From: an uncultured Aquiluna sp.
Lineage (GTDB): Bacteria; Actinomycetota; Actinomycetes; Actinomycetales; Microbacteriaceae
Assembly: GCA_964468885.1 (NCBI GenBank)
Contig: CAYXWU010000001.1
Coordinates: forward strand, 1 to 60,880
Direction of reading: 5' to 3'
DNA length: 60,880 nt
The position numbers were made by a program, and so were the translations under genes. Every line of letters begins with the position of its first letter. Within the stretch, counting starts at the first letter, position 1. Below the pieces are notes generated by a model that was not told the DNA's origin, made no database searches, and was given only the letters and a program-made list of their open reading frames with translations. Below are positions 1 through 11,605 of the stretch, one piece after another.

Positions 1-352
1 TCTTGGGATAGCTGGCGTTAATCAGCTTGATTCTGGTTTGAACGATCTTTTTGATTAGAGCTGCTGGAGGGAGCTTTTCCTTGTCGAACTGAATGGCACC
101 CCTGGAGGTCTTGTATTTTGCTAATTCTTTTTCCAGCAGTTTGATTGCCTCCGGTCCAGGAAAAATGCTGCTGTGTTCCTTGAAGCCGTCATAGCTCAAG
201 AGGATTACGCCGCTGAGCTCAAAAGAGGGCATTTGATAAAAAATCTTCTCGGTCGCTCCCGGCGCCAGCTTCTTGATTAGGGTTCTTAGCTCAGTTAGGA
301 CTTTGGCCTGATTGGCTGGATGGCGCTTTATCAGAGCGGTGATTTCTTGCAT
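1..352 (-). CDS. DUF1801/YdhG-like protein, runs off the left edge
   Basis: Manually translated from ATG at 352: MQEITALIKRHPANQAKVLTELRTLIKKLAPGATEKIFYQMPSF...FKEHSSIFP...KTSRGAIQF; no stop before base 1; not in ORF track. Confidence 0.8.
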   Translation of the reverse strand, partial: MQEITALIKRHPANQAKVLTELRTLIKKLAPGATEKIFYQMPSFELSGVILLSYDGFKEHSSIFPGPEAIKLLEKELAKYKTSRGAIQFDKEKLPPAALIKKIVQTRIKLINASYPK

Positions 353-410
353 CTTTGGGACCTCTTTGCCATACCGGCTAAGAGTAGTCTTTTCTAGGAA
401 GAGGTGGACG

Positions 411-1898
411 ATGAAGTTGATTTCCCACTGGATCAATGGTTCGGAAAACAAAGGCACCGGCGCTCGCCGCGGTGAGGTTTATAACCCGGCTCTTGGTGAA
501 CAAATCGCAGAGGTTGCCTTTGCAGATGAGTCTGATATAGACGTAGCGGTCAAGGCTGCCCAGGCTGCTTTTCCTGCTTGGAAAGACACATCTCTCGCTA
601 AGCGAGCTTCCATCATGTTCAAGTTTCGTGAGCTGCTGGATCAGCGTAAAGGTGAGCTTGCCGAAATCATCACTACCGAGCACGGCAAGGTAATCTCTGA
701 TGCTCTCGGCGAGATTGCTCGCGGTTTAGAGGTAGTTGACTTTGCTTGCGGTCTTCCTCACCTTCTCAAGGGTGAGTACTCAGAGAACGCCTCCACCTCA
801 ATCGATGTCTATTCGATGAAGCAGCCACTTGGTGTGGTTGGAATAATCAGCCCCTTCAATTTTCCAGCAATGGTTCCGATGTGGTTCTTCCCAGTTGCTA
901 TTGCGGCTGGTAACACGGTTGTTGTAAAGCCAAGTGAAAAAGATCCATCGAGTGCGATGTGGACCGCTGCCCTTCTGAAAGAAGCAGGGTTGCCTGATGG
1001 TGTTTTCAATGTTGTGCATGGCGACAAGGTCGCAGTCGATGGCCTTCTCAATCACCCACTGGTGAAGTCAATCTCTTTTGTTGGCTCAACTCCAATCGCA
1101 CAATACATATACGAAACGTCTGCCAAGACTGGAAAGCGAGTGCAGGCCCTGGGTGGAGCCAAGAACCACATGCTGGTTTTGCCAGATGCAGATTTGGATT
1201 TAGTTGCTGACTCAGCTGTCAATGCTGGCTTTGGTTCAGCTGGTGAAAGGTGCATGGCAATTTCTGTTGTGGTTGCAGTTGAGCCGGTAGCCGATCCGCT
1301 GATTGCGAAGATTAAAGAGCGCATGGCAACCATCAAGGTTGGCGATGGCAGAAGATCCTGCGACATGGGACCACTTGTGACTAAGCAGCACCGTGACAAG
1401 GTTGCAAGCTATATCGATATTGCTAAGCAAGACGGTGCATCAGTTGTCGTTGATGGTCGAGATGTAAATCCAGATGGTGATGCCAGAGGCTATTGGCTAG
1501 GACCAACTTTGATTGACAAAGTTCCAACTTCTTCCAAGGTTTACCAGGATGAAATCTTCGGACCTGTTTTGTCGGTTGTCAGGGTAAAGACCTATGAAGA
1601 AGGGCTAAAGCTAATCAACTCTTCGCCGTTTGGAAATGGCACTGCTATTTTCACCAATGATGGCGGAGCTGCCAGGAGATTCCAGCACGAGGTGGAGGTT
1701 GGAATGATTGGTATCAATGTTCCAATTCCAGTGCCGGTTTCCTACTTCTCATTTGGCGGTTGGAAGCACTCGTTGTTTGGAGATTCTCGAGCACACGGTG
1801 AAGAGGGTTTCCGCTTCTTCACGCAAACCAAGGTGATTACCTCGCGCTGGCTAGATCCATCGCATGGCGGCATCAACCTTGGTTTCCCACAAAACTAA
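411..1898 (+). CDS. mmsA: CoA-acylating (methyl)malonate-semialdehyde dehydrogenase
   Basis: ALDH motifs PFNFP, FVGST, GGAKNH, GERCMA, EIFGP; start moved to ATG 411 behind GAGGTGG SD. Confidence 0.92.
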   Translation: MKLISHWINGSENKGTGARRGEVYNPALGEQIAEVAFADESDIDVAVKAAQAAFPAWKDTSLAKRASIMFKFRELLDQRKGELAEIITTEHGKVISDALGEIARGLEVVDFACGLPHLLKGEYSENASTSIDVYSMKQPLGVVGIISPFNFPAMVPMWFFPVAIAAGNTVVVKPSEKDPSSAMWTAALLKEAGLPDGVFNVVHGDKVAVDGLLNHPLVKSISFVGSTPIAQYIYETSAKTGKRVQALGGAKNHMLVLPDADLDLVADSAVNAGFGSAGERCMAISVVVAVEPVADPLIAKIKERMATIKVGDGRRSCDMGPLVTKQHRDKVASYIDIAKQDGASVVVDGRDVNPDGDARGYWLGPTLIDKVPTSSKVYQDEIFGPVLSVVRVKTYEEGLKLINSSPFGNGTAIFTNDGGAARRFQHEVEVGMIGINVPIPVPVSYFSFGGWKHSLFGDSRAHGEEGFRFFTQTKVITSRWLDPSHGGINLGFPQN

Positions 1899-1918
1899 TT
1901 CGGACTTAGAATCATTGC

Positions 1919-2006
1919 GACTCCTCGCGTGGCGTCACCTTGGCTAAACCCCCCAGGACCGAAAGGTAGCAAGGGTAACTGAGCTCTGGCGGGTGCGCGA
2001 GGGGTC
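1919..2006 (+). ncRNA. ffs: Small SRP RNA (4.5S)
   Basis: CCCCCAGG-ACC-GAAA-GGT-AGCAAGGG helix-8 motif; terminal pairing GACTCCTCGCG/CGCGAGGGGTC; close to dnaX. Confidence 0.9.
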
Positions 2007-2066
2007 ACTTTTCAGGCGATATTCAGCAGTAAGCCTCAGATTCTTGAGTCAGAAGTAAGGAGCCAA

Positions 2067-2516
2067 GTGGAAGAGTTCTTTTTAGCGCTGGGTGATTTGC
2101 CACTACATCCCCTAGCTGTTCACTTTGCGGTTGCGCTTTTCCCAGTCGCTCTAGTTTTTTTGATTTTCGTAACGGTTTCAGCAAAGTTTAGAGAAAGGCT
2201 TTTGCTAAGGGCGATCATCACAACCTCAGCAACGGTACCTTTCATATTCGTAGCTCAGCAATCGGGCGAAGCGCTGTCGGAAGTTATGTATGAGCCAGAA
2301 CCACATTCTGAGTATGGCGAGATGTTAATGCCTCTTGCTATCTGGGTATTGCTGATTGGTTTTGCGCTTTGGTTTTCTCTCAAAAAATCATGGCCTAAAT
2401 TGGTGAGCCAAATTTTAGGTTTTGCCCTTGTTTCAATCTCAATTGCCGCCATAGCCATGACGATTGTGGTTGGACACTCCGGTGCCGCCGCCACCTGGAC
2501 TGGAGTTGTTCCCTAG
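2067..2516 (+). CDS. DUF2231-like membrane protein
   Basis: LPLHPLAVHF, SGE, HxExGE and GHSGA motifs; 4 TM helices; AGGAG SD. Confidence 0.75.
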   Translation: MEEFFLALGDLPLHPLAVHFAVALFPVALVFLIFVTVSAKFRERLLLRAIITTSATVPFIFVAQQSGEALSEVMYEPEPHSEYGEMLMPLAIWVLLIGFALWFSLKKSWPKLVSQILGFALVSISIAAIAMTIVVGHSGAAATWTGVVP

Positions 2517-2553
2517 GGATCCCTAATGTCCCGGATGGGATTATCCTTAGCAG

Positions 2554-4197
2554 GTGACCACCGCCCTTTACCGCAGATATCGGCCTGATAACTTTGCCGA
2601 CCTAATTGGGCAAACTCAGGTCACCGACCCACTTCGCGCAGCACTCAAGTCAGATCGAGTACACCACGCTTATCTTTTCTCAGGCCCAAGAGGTTGCGGA
2701 AAAACCACCTCTGCTCGAATTCTGGCCAGATGTTTGAACTGCGCCGAGGGTCCAACCGATACTCCGTGTGGTAAGTGCGCCAGCTGTGTTGAGCTAGCCA
2801 AAGGTGGACCAGGTTCACTGGATGTAGTCGAAATCGACGCCGCTTCTCACAATGGTGTTGACGATGCCAGGGATCTGCGAGAGCGAGCAGTCTTTGCTCC
2901 CGCCAGAGATCGCTACAAGATTTTTATCCTGGATGAGGCGCACATGGTCACCACCCAAGGCTTCAATGCGCTTTTGAAGATCGTTGAAGAGCCACCAGCT
3001 CACGTGAAGTTTATCTTTGCAACTACTGAGCCTGAAAAAGTGATTGGCACCATTCGCTCCAGAACCCATCACTATCCTTTCCGACTTGTCCCTCCAGCGG
3101 AGCTGCTGAGTTATTTGGATTCTGTTCTGAAGTCCGAAGGTTACTCGGCCGAGGATGGAGTTCTGCCGATGGTTGTTAGAGCATCCGGTGGCTCAGTCCG
3201 AGACGCACTTTCCCTGCTGGATCAGCTAATTGCTGGCAGTGATTCAAAGAAGATTGCCTACGAGCGATCCATAAACCTTCTGGGCTTCACACACGACAAC
3301 CTGATGGCTGATGTAGTTGAAGCCTTCGCCGAGCTAGACGCCGCCAAGGCCTTCATGGCGGTAGACAAAATAATTCAGTCGGGCCAAGATGCTAGGCGAT
3401 TCTTGGAAGACTTGCTTGAGCGAATTCGTGATTTGATGCTGGTTCACTCGCTGGGACAAGATGCTAAAGCGATTTTGCGCGGAATTGGGCCAGAGCAATT
3501 TGAACAGCTAACCATTCAGGCAGCTCGCTTCGGTCTTGGCTCTCTTACGCAAACTGCAGAAGCAACCGCTAAAGCACTCGCCGACACATCAGCTGCTTCT
3601 AATCCAAGGCTGCAACTGGAACTGCTTTGCGCAAGAGTGCTCGCACCCGCTGCCCAGGTGAAAACTCCTATCAGAGAAGAACCAATGGCACAGACTTCTA
3701 AGCCAGCAGCAAAACCAGCAGAGTCAAAGCCTGTAGCCGAAAAACCAGTCGCAAAAGCTGCACCAGCCGATGTGAGTGCTGCCTACTTCAAGGCAAACTG
3801 GCAAATCATTTTGGACACCCTCGCTAAGCAATCCAGATCAGCATGGGCCGTTGCCTTCACTTCGAAAGTGATTGATTACAACGACGAAGTTCTCACGCTT
3901 CTTTTCCAATCACAAAAGGATGTTGAAGCCTTTCGCAATGCTGGCGGAGCCGCAGAGGTCTTGCGCAGTGTCATTAGAGACATGAGTGGTGTGAGCGTGA
4001 AGTATCGCGCCAAGGTGGCAGATGCTCCCTCGAAGGTTGCTCCTGCTCCAGTGATTGAATCAAACCAGGATGAATTCTCGGAAGAGGAAGAACACGAAGA
4101 GCTAAAGACTGAACCAATTGCAACATCTGATCCAAAAACCGGTGAGTTCATTCTTCGTGAAGTATTAGGCGCTAAGCAAATTAAGGGCGAGAAATAA
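2554..4197 (+). CDS. dnaX: DNA polymerase III subunit gamma/tau
   Basis: [15 protein letters not shown] Walker A, Cys Zn module, DEAH; adjacent to recR. Confidence 0.97.
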   Translation: MTTALYRRYRPDNFADLIGQTQVTDPLRAALKSDRVHHAYLFSGPRGCGKTTSARILARCLNCAEGPTDTPCGKCASCVELAKGGPGSLDVVEIDAASHNGVDDARDLRERAVFAPARDRYKIFILDEAHMVTTQGFNALLKIVEEPPAHVKFIFATTEPEKVIGTIRSRTHHYPFRLVPPAELLSYLDSVLKSEGYSAEDGVLPMVVRASGGSVRDALSLLDQLIAGSDSKKIAYERSINLLGFTHDNLMADVVEAFAELDAAKAFMAVDKIIQSGQDARRFLEDLLERIRDLMLVHSLGQDAKAILRGIGPEQFEQLTIQAARFGLGSLTQTAEATAKALADTSAASNPRLQLELLCARVLAPAAQVKTPIREEPMAQTSKPAAKPAESKPVAEKPVAKAAPADVSAAYFKANWQIILDTLAKQSRSAWAVAFTSKVIDYNDEVLTLLFQSQKDVEAFRNAGGAAEVLRSVIRDMSGVSVKYRAKVADAPSKVAPAPVIESNQDEFSEEEEHEELKTEPIATSDPKTGEFILREVLGAKQIKGEK

Positions 4198-4793
4198 TGT
4201 ATGAAGGCGCCCTTCAGCAGCTAATTGATGAGCTGGGTCGTCTGCCCGGTGTTGGCCCCAAGAGTGCCCAGCGAATTGCTTTCTACCTGATTGAAGCGGA
4301 AACGGATGTCGCTTTGAAGCTGGCAGAAGTGCTGCAAGAAGTGAAACAAAAGGTTCGCTTTTGTGAAGTTTGCGGCAATGTCTCAGAGAGTGAAAAGTGC
4401 TTTATCTGTTCCGATCAAAAGCGTGATCAAGGATTGGTTTGCGTTGTTGAGGACTCCAAAGACATTGCAGCCATTGAGAGAACTCGAGAATTTCGTGGTT
4501 TGTATCACGTGCTGGGCGGAGCAATCTCGCCGATTGCAGGTATTGGACCAGACCAGCTCCGAATCAAGCAGCTGATGAAGCGGCTGGCTGACCCATCGAT
4601 TCGAGAGGTCATCATCGCCACCAATCCCAATCTGGAGGGGGAGGCCACGGCCACCTATTTAATCCGCATGCTCTCACCGCTTGAAATCAGTGTCACCAAG
4701 CTGGCTTCTGGTTTACCAGTGGGAGGCGATCTGGAATATGCAGATGATATGACTTTGGGTCGTGCCTTTGAGGGTCGCAGAAGGGTCAACTAG
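4197..4793 (+). CDS. recR: Recombination mediator RecR
   Basis: Hh[13 protein letters not shown]4 Zn finger, Toprim EGEATA. Confidence 0.97.
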   Translation: MYEGALQQLIDELGRLPGVGPKSAQRIAFYLIEAETDVALKLAEVLQEVKQKVRFCEVCGNVSESEKCFICSDQKRDQGLVCVVEDSKDIAAIERTREFRGLYHVLGGAISPIAGIGPDQLRIKQLMKRLADPSIREVIIATNPNLEGEATATYLIRMLSPLEISVTKLASGLPVGGDLEYADDMTLGRAFEGRRRVN

Positions 4794-4846
4794 ACTTCTT
4801 CCCTAAGGCGCCGTCGCCCATCTCAATCCCCCTTAGGAGTCTTTAG

Positions 4847-6115
4847 TTGGCGTTAGTCGTTCAGAAATATGGCGGATCCTCGGTTTCTGATGCCGAGAAG
4901 ATCAAGCATGTTGCTGCGCGCGTAATCGCAACCCAAGCTGAAGGAAACCAAGTAGTTGTCGTTGTTTCTGCCATGGGTGACACCACAGATGAACTAATTG
5001 ATCTTGCCAGCTCTGTCACCACCGACATCGAAGGCAATCGCGAGATGGATATCCTTCTCACCGCAGGTGAGCGAATCTCAATGGCACTGCTTGCCATGGC
5101 AATTAAAGACCAGGGCCTCAAGGCAATGTCCTTCACGGGATTCCAAGCTGGTATCTCAACTGACTCCGAGCACGGTAGCGCGAGAATTTGGAAGATTGAT
5201 CCAAAGCGAATCCAAGACGCTTTGAAGGATGGCAACGTTGTCGTTGTTGCAGGATTCCAAGGATTTAGTTTTGAAAATGGTGACACCACCACGCTTGGTC
5301 GCGGCGGATCTGACACCACTGCCGTTGCATTAGCTGCTGCACTGAAGGCAGATATTTGTGAAATTTATTCTGATGTCGATGGTGTTTACACTGCAGACCC
5401 AAGAATTGTTCCAAGAGCCAGAAAGCTTGCTCAGATTGATTTGGACTCAATGCTTGAGCTTTCTTCATCGGGTGCAAAGATTCTTTACATTCGAGCGGTG
5501 GAATTTGCTCGCAGACACAAAGTTCCACTCAGAGTTCGTTCAACTTTTAGTGCTGACCCAGGCACGCTTGTCTACACCACCAAAGAGGGAGAAGAAATGG
5601 AAGAGCCAGTAGTCTCCGGAGTTGCAGCAGATAGCACTCAGTCCAAAATCACAGTGATTGGTGTGCCAGACCGTCCTGGTAAGGCAGCTGAAATTTTCAA
5701 GGCCGTTGCCGAAGCAGGTGCCAACATCGACATGATCGTGCAGAACGTTTCCACTACCGAAAATCACCTCAGTGACATCTCCTTTACTCTTCCTCACAGC
5801 GACCGTCACAAGGTGGTCGATGCACTAAAGAGCCAGCAAGGTGCTATTGGTTTCCAGTCCATCACCTATGACGATGAGATTGGCAAGCTATCCATTGTTG
5901 GAGCTGGAATGAAGACATCTTCTGGTGTCAGCGCCAAGCTCTTTGGTGCACTCGCTAAGGCGGGTATCAACATTGAAATGATTTCTACCTCGGAGATCAG
6001 AATCTCTGTTATCACCAGAGCCGATCAACTCAAGGAAGCAACCCGCATCGTCCACACCGCCTTTGAGCTGGATGCAGCTGAAACTGCCGTAATTTACGCG
6101 GGAACGGGCCGCTAG
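4847..6115 (+). CDS. ask: Aspartate kinase (alpha subunit)
   Basis: [14 protein letters not shown], two ACT domains, C-terminal YAGTGR. Confidence 0.97.
   Translation: MALVVQKYGGSSVSDAEKIKHVAARVIATQAEGNQVVVVVSAMGDTTDELIDLASSVTTDIEGNREMDILLTAGERISMALLAMAIKDQGLKAMSFTGFQAGISTDSEHGSARIWKIDPKRIQDALKDGNVVVVAGFQGFSFENGDTTTLGRGGSDTTAVALAAALKADICEIYSDVDGVYTADPRIVPRARKLAQIDLDSMLELSSSGAKILYIRAVEFARRHKVPLRVRSTFSADPGTLVYTTKEGEEMEEPVVSGVAADSTQSKITVIGVPDRPGKAAEIFKAVAEAGANIDMIVQNVSTTENHLSDISFTLPHSDRHKVVDALKSQQGAIGFQSITYDDEIGKLSIVGAGMKTSSGVSAKLFGALAKAGINIEMISTSEIRISVITRADQLKEATRIVHTAFELDAAETAVIYAGTGR
5597..6115 (+). CDS. Aspartate kinase beta subunit from in-frame internal start
   Basis: In-frame ATG (codon 251) preceded by purine-rich GAGGGAGAAGAA; matches the alpha/beta organisation known for actinobacterial ask/lysC. 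Confidence 0.7.
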   Translation: MEEPVVSGVAADSTQSKITVIGVPDRPGKAAEIFKAVAEAGANIDMIVQNVSTTENHLSDISFTLPHSDRHKVVDALKSQQGAIGFQSITYDDEIGKLSIVGAGMKTSSGVSAKLFGALAKAGINIEMISTSEIRISVITRADQLKEATRIVHTAFELDAAETAVIYAGTGR

Positions 6116-6117
6116 TC

Positions 6118-7182
6118 ATGAAACCAAATCTCGCATTAGTAGGCGCTACCGGCGCTGTCGGCACTGTGATGATTGACATCATCAACAATCGCGACAACAT
6201 TTGGGGCGAAATCCGCCTGATTGCATCTGCCCGCTCTGCTGGCAAGAAGCTCACGGTTCATGGCAAAGAACTGACAGTTGTCGCTCTTTCACCTGAGGCT
6301 TTTGATGGTATTGACATTGCAATGTTTGATGTGCCGGACGAAATTTCAGCTGAGTGGGGCCCAATTGCAGCTGCCAAGGGCGTAGTTGTGGTGGATAACT
6401 CCGCTGCCTTCCGCATGGATCCTGAGGTTCCACTGGTGGTTCCCGAAGTAAATCCCGATATGGCAAAGAGCAGGCCTAAGGGAATCATCGCAAACCCAAA
6501 CTGCACAACCCTCACAATGATGGCGGCGCTTGGGGCTCTTCACCGCAAGTGGCAACTAACTGAACTTGTTGTTGCCAGCTACCAGGCTGTTTCTGGTGCT
6601 GGTGCATCTGGAATCGAGCAGCTAAAGAGAGAAACTGCTGCTGTTGCTACCAATTCGGAAGCAGGATTGGAATCTGATTCCGTTGCTAAGACTCTTGCTA
6701 CAGAAGGGCTCAAGGCTAGTGATTCACCATGGCCAACTCCGATTGCCCTGAATGTGATTCCTCTAGCAGGATCAGTGAAAGACGGTGGCCACACCTCGGA
6801 AGAACTCAAGGTTCGAAACGAATCACGCAAGATTCTCGGAATAAAAGATTTAAAGGTCGCTGCAACCTGTGTTCGTGTGCCTGTTCAGGTGAGTCACTCA
6901 CTAGCCGTTCACGCAACCTTTGCCAATGACATTTCAGTTGCTGACGCTAAAGCTGAGCTCGAGAAGCAACCAACGGTTGTGCTGATGGATGAGCCAGAAA
7001 AAGGCGTCTTCCCAACTCCTGCATTTGTAGCAGGTCAAGATCCAACTTTTGTTGGAAGACTTCGTCAGTCCATGGACTTCCCAAAGACCTTGGACATGTT
7101 CGTGGTTGGCGATAACTTGCGTAAGGGCGCTGCACTCAACACCTATGAAATTGCGGAGTTGGTTGCTAAGGAACTCGCCTAA
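6118..7182 (+). CDS. asd: Aspartate-semialdehyde dehydrogenase
   Basis: [22 protein letters not shown]. Confidence 0.97.
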   Translation: MKPNLALVGATGAVGTVMIDIINNRDNIWGEIRLIASARSAGKKLTVHGKELTVVALSPEAFDGIDIAMFDVPDEISAEWGPIAAAKGVVVVDNSAAFRMDPEVPLVVPEVNPDMAKSRPKGIIANPNCTTLTMMAALGALHRKWQLTELVVASYQAVSGAGASGIEQLKRETAAVATNSEAGLESDSVAKTLATEGLKASDSPWPTPIALNVIPLAGSVKDGGHTSEELKVRNESRKILGIKDLKVAATCVRVPVQVSHSLAVHATFANDISVADAKAELEKQPTVVLMDEPEKGVFPTPAFVAGQDPTFVGRLRQSMDFPKTLDMFVVGDNLRKGAALNTYEIAELVAKELA

Positions 7183-7970
7183 CTAATTGTTAGCAATGTC
7201 GCCGAGGGTGGACAAAACAGTCTGACCGGAGTGTAGATGTTGGCACCCATGCCAGCAGACACATGCAGCCAGCTGTCTTTGTGCTTACTTACTCCCTGAG
7301 CTTGTGAAGTTGGTAGGTCGCAGTTTGTAATAAGCGCCTTGCCACCTGGCAGACATAACTGCCCACCGTGGGTGTGGCCGGCGAAAATCAACTTTGCACC
7401 TAGCTTTGCAAAGCTATCCAGAACTCTTAGATATGGGGCATGGGCAACAGCTATCAGGGTCTCTGATTTGACTTGAGGAGTTTTGTCTAGGCCGAGGTGT
7501 GGATCATCAACCCCAACAAAATCTATTGACTGATTATTTATTGAGAGTTTTCCCGCCTGGTTGTTCAAATTGAGCCAGCCAGCATTCTCAAACTCTCTGA
7601 TCATCCTTGAAGTATCAAGATCGCGCTCTCGGCTTTCAACCTTTGAGGGACCAGCCAGATAGCGAAGCGGATTGGTGAGCTTAGGTGATGAATAGTCATT
7701 ACTGCCATTCACAAAAACACCAGGAAACTCCATCAATGGCTCTAGTGCCAGAAGAAGAGGATTGATTGCCTGGCTGTGACCTAGGTTGTCACCAGTGTTG
7801 ACCACTAAATCTGGTTTGAGCTGCGCAAGATCCCGTAAGAACTTTGCTTTGGCCTTTTGTGTTGGAGCGAAGTGAATATCAGAGATGTGTAGAACTCGGA
7901 GGCTTAGGCCTGTCCCAGATATTGATTGCTCTCTAAGCAGGAACGGTCCTGCATTAGTTGCTAACCACAT
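7179..7970 (-). CDS. Calcineurin-like metallophosphoesterase
   Basis: SDIH, TGD, GSND, GHTHGGQ motifs; usual neighbour of ponA. Confidence 0.9.
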   Translation of the reverse strand: MWLATNAGPFLLREQSISGTGLSLRVLHISDIHFAPTQKAKAKFLRDLAQLKPDLVVNTGDNLGHSQAINPLLLALEPLMEFPGVFVNGSNDYSSPKLTNPLRYLAGPSKVESRERDLDTSRMIREFENAGWLNLNNQAGKLSINNQSIDFVGVDDPHLGLDKTPQVKSETLIAVAHAPYLRVLDSFAKLGAKLIFAGHTHGGQLCLPGGKALITNCDLPTSQAQGVSKHKDSWLHVSAGMGANIYTPVRLFCPPSATLLTIS

Positions 7971-10519
7971 TTATTTGGGATGACGATGACGGCAGAGGCT
8001 GGTTGGACTGCTTCACCTGGTGCAGGTTGCGTGGAATAAACCGATCCCTTTGGCAAGCTTGAATCACACTTATTCTGGAACTGACTCTGACTTGGTTGCG
8101 GAAGTGTCCCGAACAAGCCAACCTGCTGAAGCATGGAATTAGCCTGCTCAATGGTCAATCCTCTGACATCGGGAACCGTTAAGCGACCACCTGCTGAAAC
8201 ATAAACCTTAACCAGCGAACCTCTTGGAATTGCTTGGCCAGCAGCTGGTCTGGTGTATGCAACTGTTCCTGCTGGGAACGGCGATGCAACTTGTTCGACC
8301 ATCACTGCTCCACTAAGTCCCGCACTCATTAGCTGAACCTTGGCAGTCTCTGTGTCTAAACCTGAAACAGCAGGGATAGCAATTGAAGGAGCAGATAAAT
8401 ACTTAGGATCTGGCGCAGGCCAGTTTTCTCCGCCGTATTTTTCATTTACGGCCTTCATAATTTGTCGCCAGATTTCGTGGCGAATAATGGTGACTTCGTT
8501 TCCGTTGACTCGCTTACCGCCCTGCTTAACCTGGCCTGAAACGTTTCCAACCCAAGTGGCTGTTGCAACTTCGGAGGAGAACCCAATCATCCAGGTGTGG
8601 ATGCGGTTGTCTGTGGTACCGGTCTTTCCAGCCAGCGGCACCGGACCACCAGGGTTAGAACGAGCACCTGTTCCACCAGTTACTACTGGCTTGAGCGCTT
8701 GCACCATAGCCAGGGCAACTTCTTCTGGAACAGCTTGCGAACACTGAGTCTTTGGAACGTTTAGCTCACTGCCATCACGGCGAAGAATTACCTTGTCAAT
8801 CGACACTGGCGAGCAGTAAACACCGCGGTTAGAAACCGCCGCATAGGCAGCTGCCATGGTTAGTGGCGCAATTTCGTTGGTTCCAAGGATTGTGGATGGG
8901 AAGTAAAGAAGCTCAGTTCCATCGGCTCGGTGAACACCAAAAGCTTGTGCGGTGTCGCGAATAGCGCAGAGATCCAACTTCGATGCCATTGCGGCAAACG
9001 CGGTGTTCTGAGAAGTAATCACTGCTCTCGAAATTGAGATGTCATCGATTGTGGCATCTTGGTCAGTTCCAGAGTTCTTAACTTCCCAAAGACCAACTAC
9101 GCCACCACAGCTTGCGCTGAAGTCCTGCGCGACGTTCCATATCTTGATTTTGTCTGGCTGGCCATCCAGGTCGACATCCTCGCCAGTTTCCACTCGGCCA
9201 TCGACGTGGTCACCCAGTGAATAACCCTGCTTCAGCCACTCGGCTAATGTGAAGAGCTTGTAGGTAGAGCCAGGCTGGAAACCACTTGATCCACCAAAAG
9301 GCTTATCGGTGTTGTAGTTGACCGAGGTTTCACCTACTGGTGGCTCAGGGGATTGGTTGAAGTAGCGGTTCTGAGCCATCGCAATTACTCGACCGGTTCC
9401 GACTTCAACAGAGACTGAAGCAGTTCCAAAAGCCCACTCGTTATCTGCGGGCAGTGTCTTCATGGTGGTATCCCAGGCAGTCTGCTGGATGTCTAGGTCA
9501 AGAGTGGTGTAAATGTCTAGACCACCGCGGCGAAGCAGCATCTCTCTGTCTTCCGCGGTTTGCCCAAATTCAGGTGAGTTTCTAATTGTCCAGACTGTGT
9601 AGTCACAGAAGAAGGCGGTGGTTTGATTTAGCTCACAACCAGCTTCAACTGGAGTGATTTTGGTTTGAATTGGAGACTCTTTAAATTTGTTCGCTTCTTC
9701 TTGAGTCAGGTAACCCTCATCCGCCATTCGCTGGATTACATAGTTACGTCTTCCAAGACCGCGATCTAAGTTTTCTGCCTCATCTGGTTTGTAATCGTTT
9801 GGCGACTTGAGCATTCCGGCAAGATATGCGGCTTGCGGAACATTGAGTTCACTTGCTGGAATTCCGAAGTAATACTGGCTTGCTGTTTCAACACCGTTGA
9901 TCTGGTTACCAAGGAATACCAGGTTTAGGTAGCCCGCAAGAATTTCTTTCTTGGTGGCCTGGCCTTCCAGAGCAATAGCAAGTCTGATTTCGCGCAACTT
10001 ACGAGGAATAGTTACCTCGGTTGCCGCGGCGATAGCCTCGGCATCGCCAGACAGGTTGGCAGCTTCAACTAATGAGCTTCTGACGTACTGCATGGTAATG
10101 GTTGAAGCACCAGGACCTTCACCAAAGGATGCAATGTTGGTAAGACCGGCACGAATTAAAGAAATAATGTCAACACCTGGGTGCTGATAAAAACGTGGGT
10201 CTTCTACTGCCACCACCGCATCCACCAAAGCAGGGGACATCTCTTCGAATGGAATCTCTACACGGTTTTCGTGGTAGAACGTTGCAATTAGCTCTGGCTC
10301 ACCTTTTCTCAGGGCATAGACATTGGAGGCTTGAGAGGCATTAATGGGCTTGATGTAGTCGGGCAATCCTTCAAAGGCCGCCACTCCAGTGGTAGCCGCA
10401 ACTCCCGCTACTGCCACAGCTGGGGCGAATAACGCCACCGAGAGTAGGCCAGCGATAGCGCTCAAAAACCCGAACTTTAGAAGGGTTCCGAGCGTCGAGG
10501 AGGTTGGCTTGCTCGACAT
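7961..10519 (-). CDS. ponA: Class A penicillin-binding protein with PASTA domains
   Basis: GT51 EDPRFYQH/GASTITMQ; transpeptidase STYK, SQN, KTGT; two C-terminal PASTA-like repeats. Confidence 0.93.
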   Translation of the reverse strand: MSSKPTSSTLGTLLKFGFLSAIAGLLSVALFAPAVAVAGVAATTGVAAFEGLPDYIKPINASQASNVYALRKGEPELIATFYHENRVEIPFEEMSPALVDAVVAVEDPRFYQHPGVDIISLIRAGLTNIASFGEGPGASTITMQYVRSSLVEAANLSGDAEAIAAATEVTIPRKLREIRLAIALEGQATKKEILAGYLNLVFLGNQINGVETASQYYFGIPASELNVPQAAYLAGMLKSPNDYKPDEAENLDRGLGRRNYVIQRMADEGYLTQEEANKFKESPIQTKITPVEAGCELNQTTAFFCDYTVWTIRNSPEFGQTAEDREMLLRRGGLDIYTTLDLDIQQTAWDTTMKTLPADNEWAFGTASVSVEVGTGRVIAMAQNRYFNQSPEPPVGETSVNYNTDKPFGGSSGFQPGSTYKLFTLAEWLKQGYSLGDHVDGRVETGEDVDLDGQPDKIKIWNVAQDFSASCGGVVGLWEVKNSGTDQDATIDDISISRAVITSQNTAFAAMASKLDLCAIRDTAQAFGVHRADGTELLYFPSTILGTNEIAPLTMAAAYAAVSNRGVYCSPVSIDKVILRRDGSELNVPKTQCSQAVPEEVALAMVQALKPVVTGGTGARSNPGGPVPLAGKTGTTDNRIHTWMIGFSSEVATATWVGNVSGQVKQGGKRVNGNEVTIIRHEIWRQIMKAVNEKYGGENWPAPDPKYLSAPSIAIPAVSGLDTETAKVQLMSAGLSGAVMVEQVASPFPAGTVAYTRPAAGQAIPRGSLVKVYVSAGGRLTVPDVRGLTIEQANSMLQQVGLFGTLPQPSQSQFQNKCDSSLPKGSVYSTQPAPGEAVQPASAVIVIPNKCG

Positions 10520-10560
10520 AGACTCTAGGTTACCTTGCCAAATCTGATACGGAGCTGAGA

Positions 10561-10713
10561 ATGACCAAGTGGGAATACGTAACTACGCCCCTACTTCTGC
10601 ATAAAGAAACCGAAATCCTCAATACCTGGGGCAAACAGGGCTGGGAACTGGTCCAGGTAATAACTGGCCCGCAGGGTGGCTTGATCGCCTTCTTCAAGCG
10701 AGTGGCCGAATGA
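10561..10713 (+). CDS. DUF4177 small protein (50 aa)
   Basis: MTKWEYVTTPLLLHKETEILNTWGKQGWELVQV...FFKR; ATGA overlap with ridA-like gene; below ORF-track cutoff. Confidence 0.88.
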   Translation: MTKWEYVTTPLLLHKETEILNTWGKQGWELVQVITGPQGGLIAFFKRVAE

Positions 10714-11168
10714 GCGCCAATCAGAGAATCAGCGAACTAGGCATTGTCTTGCCGCAGGTCGCGACACCAGCTGGTGCATATGTTCCAGCTGTGATCTCAG
10801 GCAATCTAGTTTTCACGGCCGGTCAAATTCCACTAGTCGATGGAAAACTAGCCGCCACTGGCAAGGTTGGAAAAGATTTGACGGCTGAGCAAGCCAAAGA
10901 GATTGCACGAATCTGCGCACTCAATGCGGTTGCTGCAGTGAAGAGTGTCATCGGTGATCTTGATCGAGTTAAGAAAGTCGTGAAAGTGGTTGGCTTTGTT
11001 GCATCAGATCCTTCCTTCTCGCAGCAGCCAGCGGTTGTGAATGGTGCAAGTGAACTACTTGAGCAAATCTTTGGTGAGAAAGGAATTCACGCGCGAAGCG
11101 CTGTTGGTGTTGCAGTCTTACCGCTAGATGCGCCAGTTGAAGTTGAGTTGATTGTTGAGTTTGCTTAG
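10710..11168 (+). CDS. RidA/YjgF family protein
   Basis: YVPA, TAGQIP, NGASE, HARSAVGV, PVEVE. Confidence 0.92.
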   Translation: MSANQRISELGIVLPQVATPAGAYVPAVISGNLVFTAGQIPLVDGKLAATGKVGKDLTAEQAKEIARICALNAVAAVKSVIGDLDRVKKVVKVVGFVASDPSFSQQPAVVNGASELLEQIFGEKGIHARSAVGVAVLPLDAPVEVELIVEFA

Positions 11169-11605
11169 AAGCGGTAGCTCATCCAAATAGAAGTTTCCTC
11201 TTCGAAACCGATTTTGCTATAGAGCTTTCTAGATCTGGGATTGTCGTTCTCTGTTTCAAGAAAGACAACTTTTACTCCCTCTTGCTTGGCTCTAGCAAGA
11301 GTTGCCTGGAGAAGTTTTTCACCTATTCCTTCACCACGTCTCTTTGGATGAATAAGCATTTCATCGACCAATGCTTCCATTCCACCAGATTCAATTCCCC
11401 AACCCCAGGTCAGAATTGAATAGCCAATTACAGTTTCTTCTTCTGCTACTAACACAACACCATGTTGATTCTTGGTAAGTAGCGGAGCTAGCCCAGCCAG
11501 TAGGTGCTCATCAGAAAGGCGAGTGTTTGCTTCTTCGCAGTAGATCCTCAGCAGGGCAAGTATGACATCTTGGTCTGCCGCGCTGGCTTCTCGAATCAGT
11601 ATCAA
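11165..11605 (-). CDS. GNAT N-acetyltransferase
   Basis: RRGEGIG acetyl-CoA motif, NPRSRKLYSKIGF; starts immediately after acs stop. Confidence 0.85.
   Translation of the reverse strand: MILIREASAADQDVILALLRIYCEEANTRLSDEHLLAGLAPLLTKNQHGVVLVAEEETVIGYSILTWGWGIESGGMEALVDEMLIHPKRRGEGIGEKLLQATLARAKQEGVKVVFLETENDNPRSRKLYSKIGFEEETSIWMSYRF

Noticed and set aside
312-410. N-terminal extension of mmsA in the ORF track
   Set aside because: Overlaps the divergent DUF1801 gene; ATG 411 has a good SD.
1956-1972. GAAA instead of GGAA tetraloop in SRP RNA
   Set aside because: Still a GNRA loop and within known variation.
2554-4197. dnaX programmed frameshift site
   Set aside because: No AAAAAAG slippery heptamer or long A run noticed.
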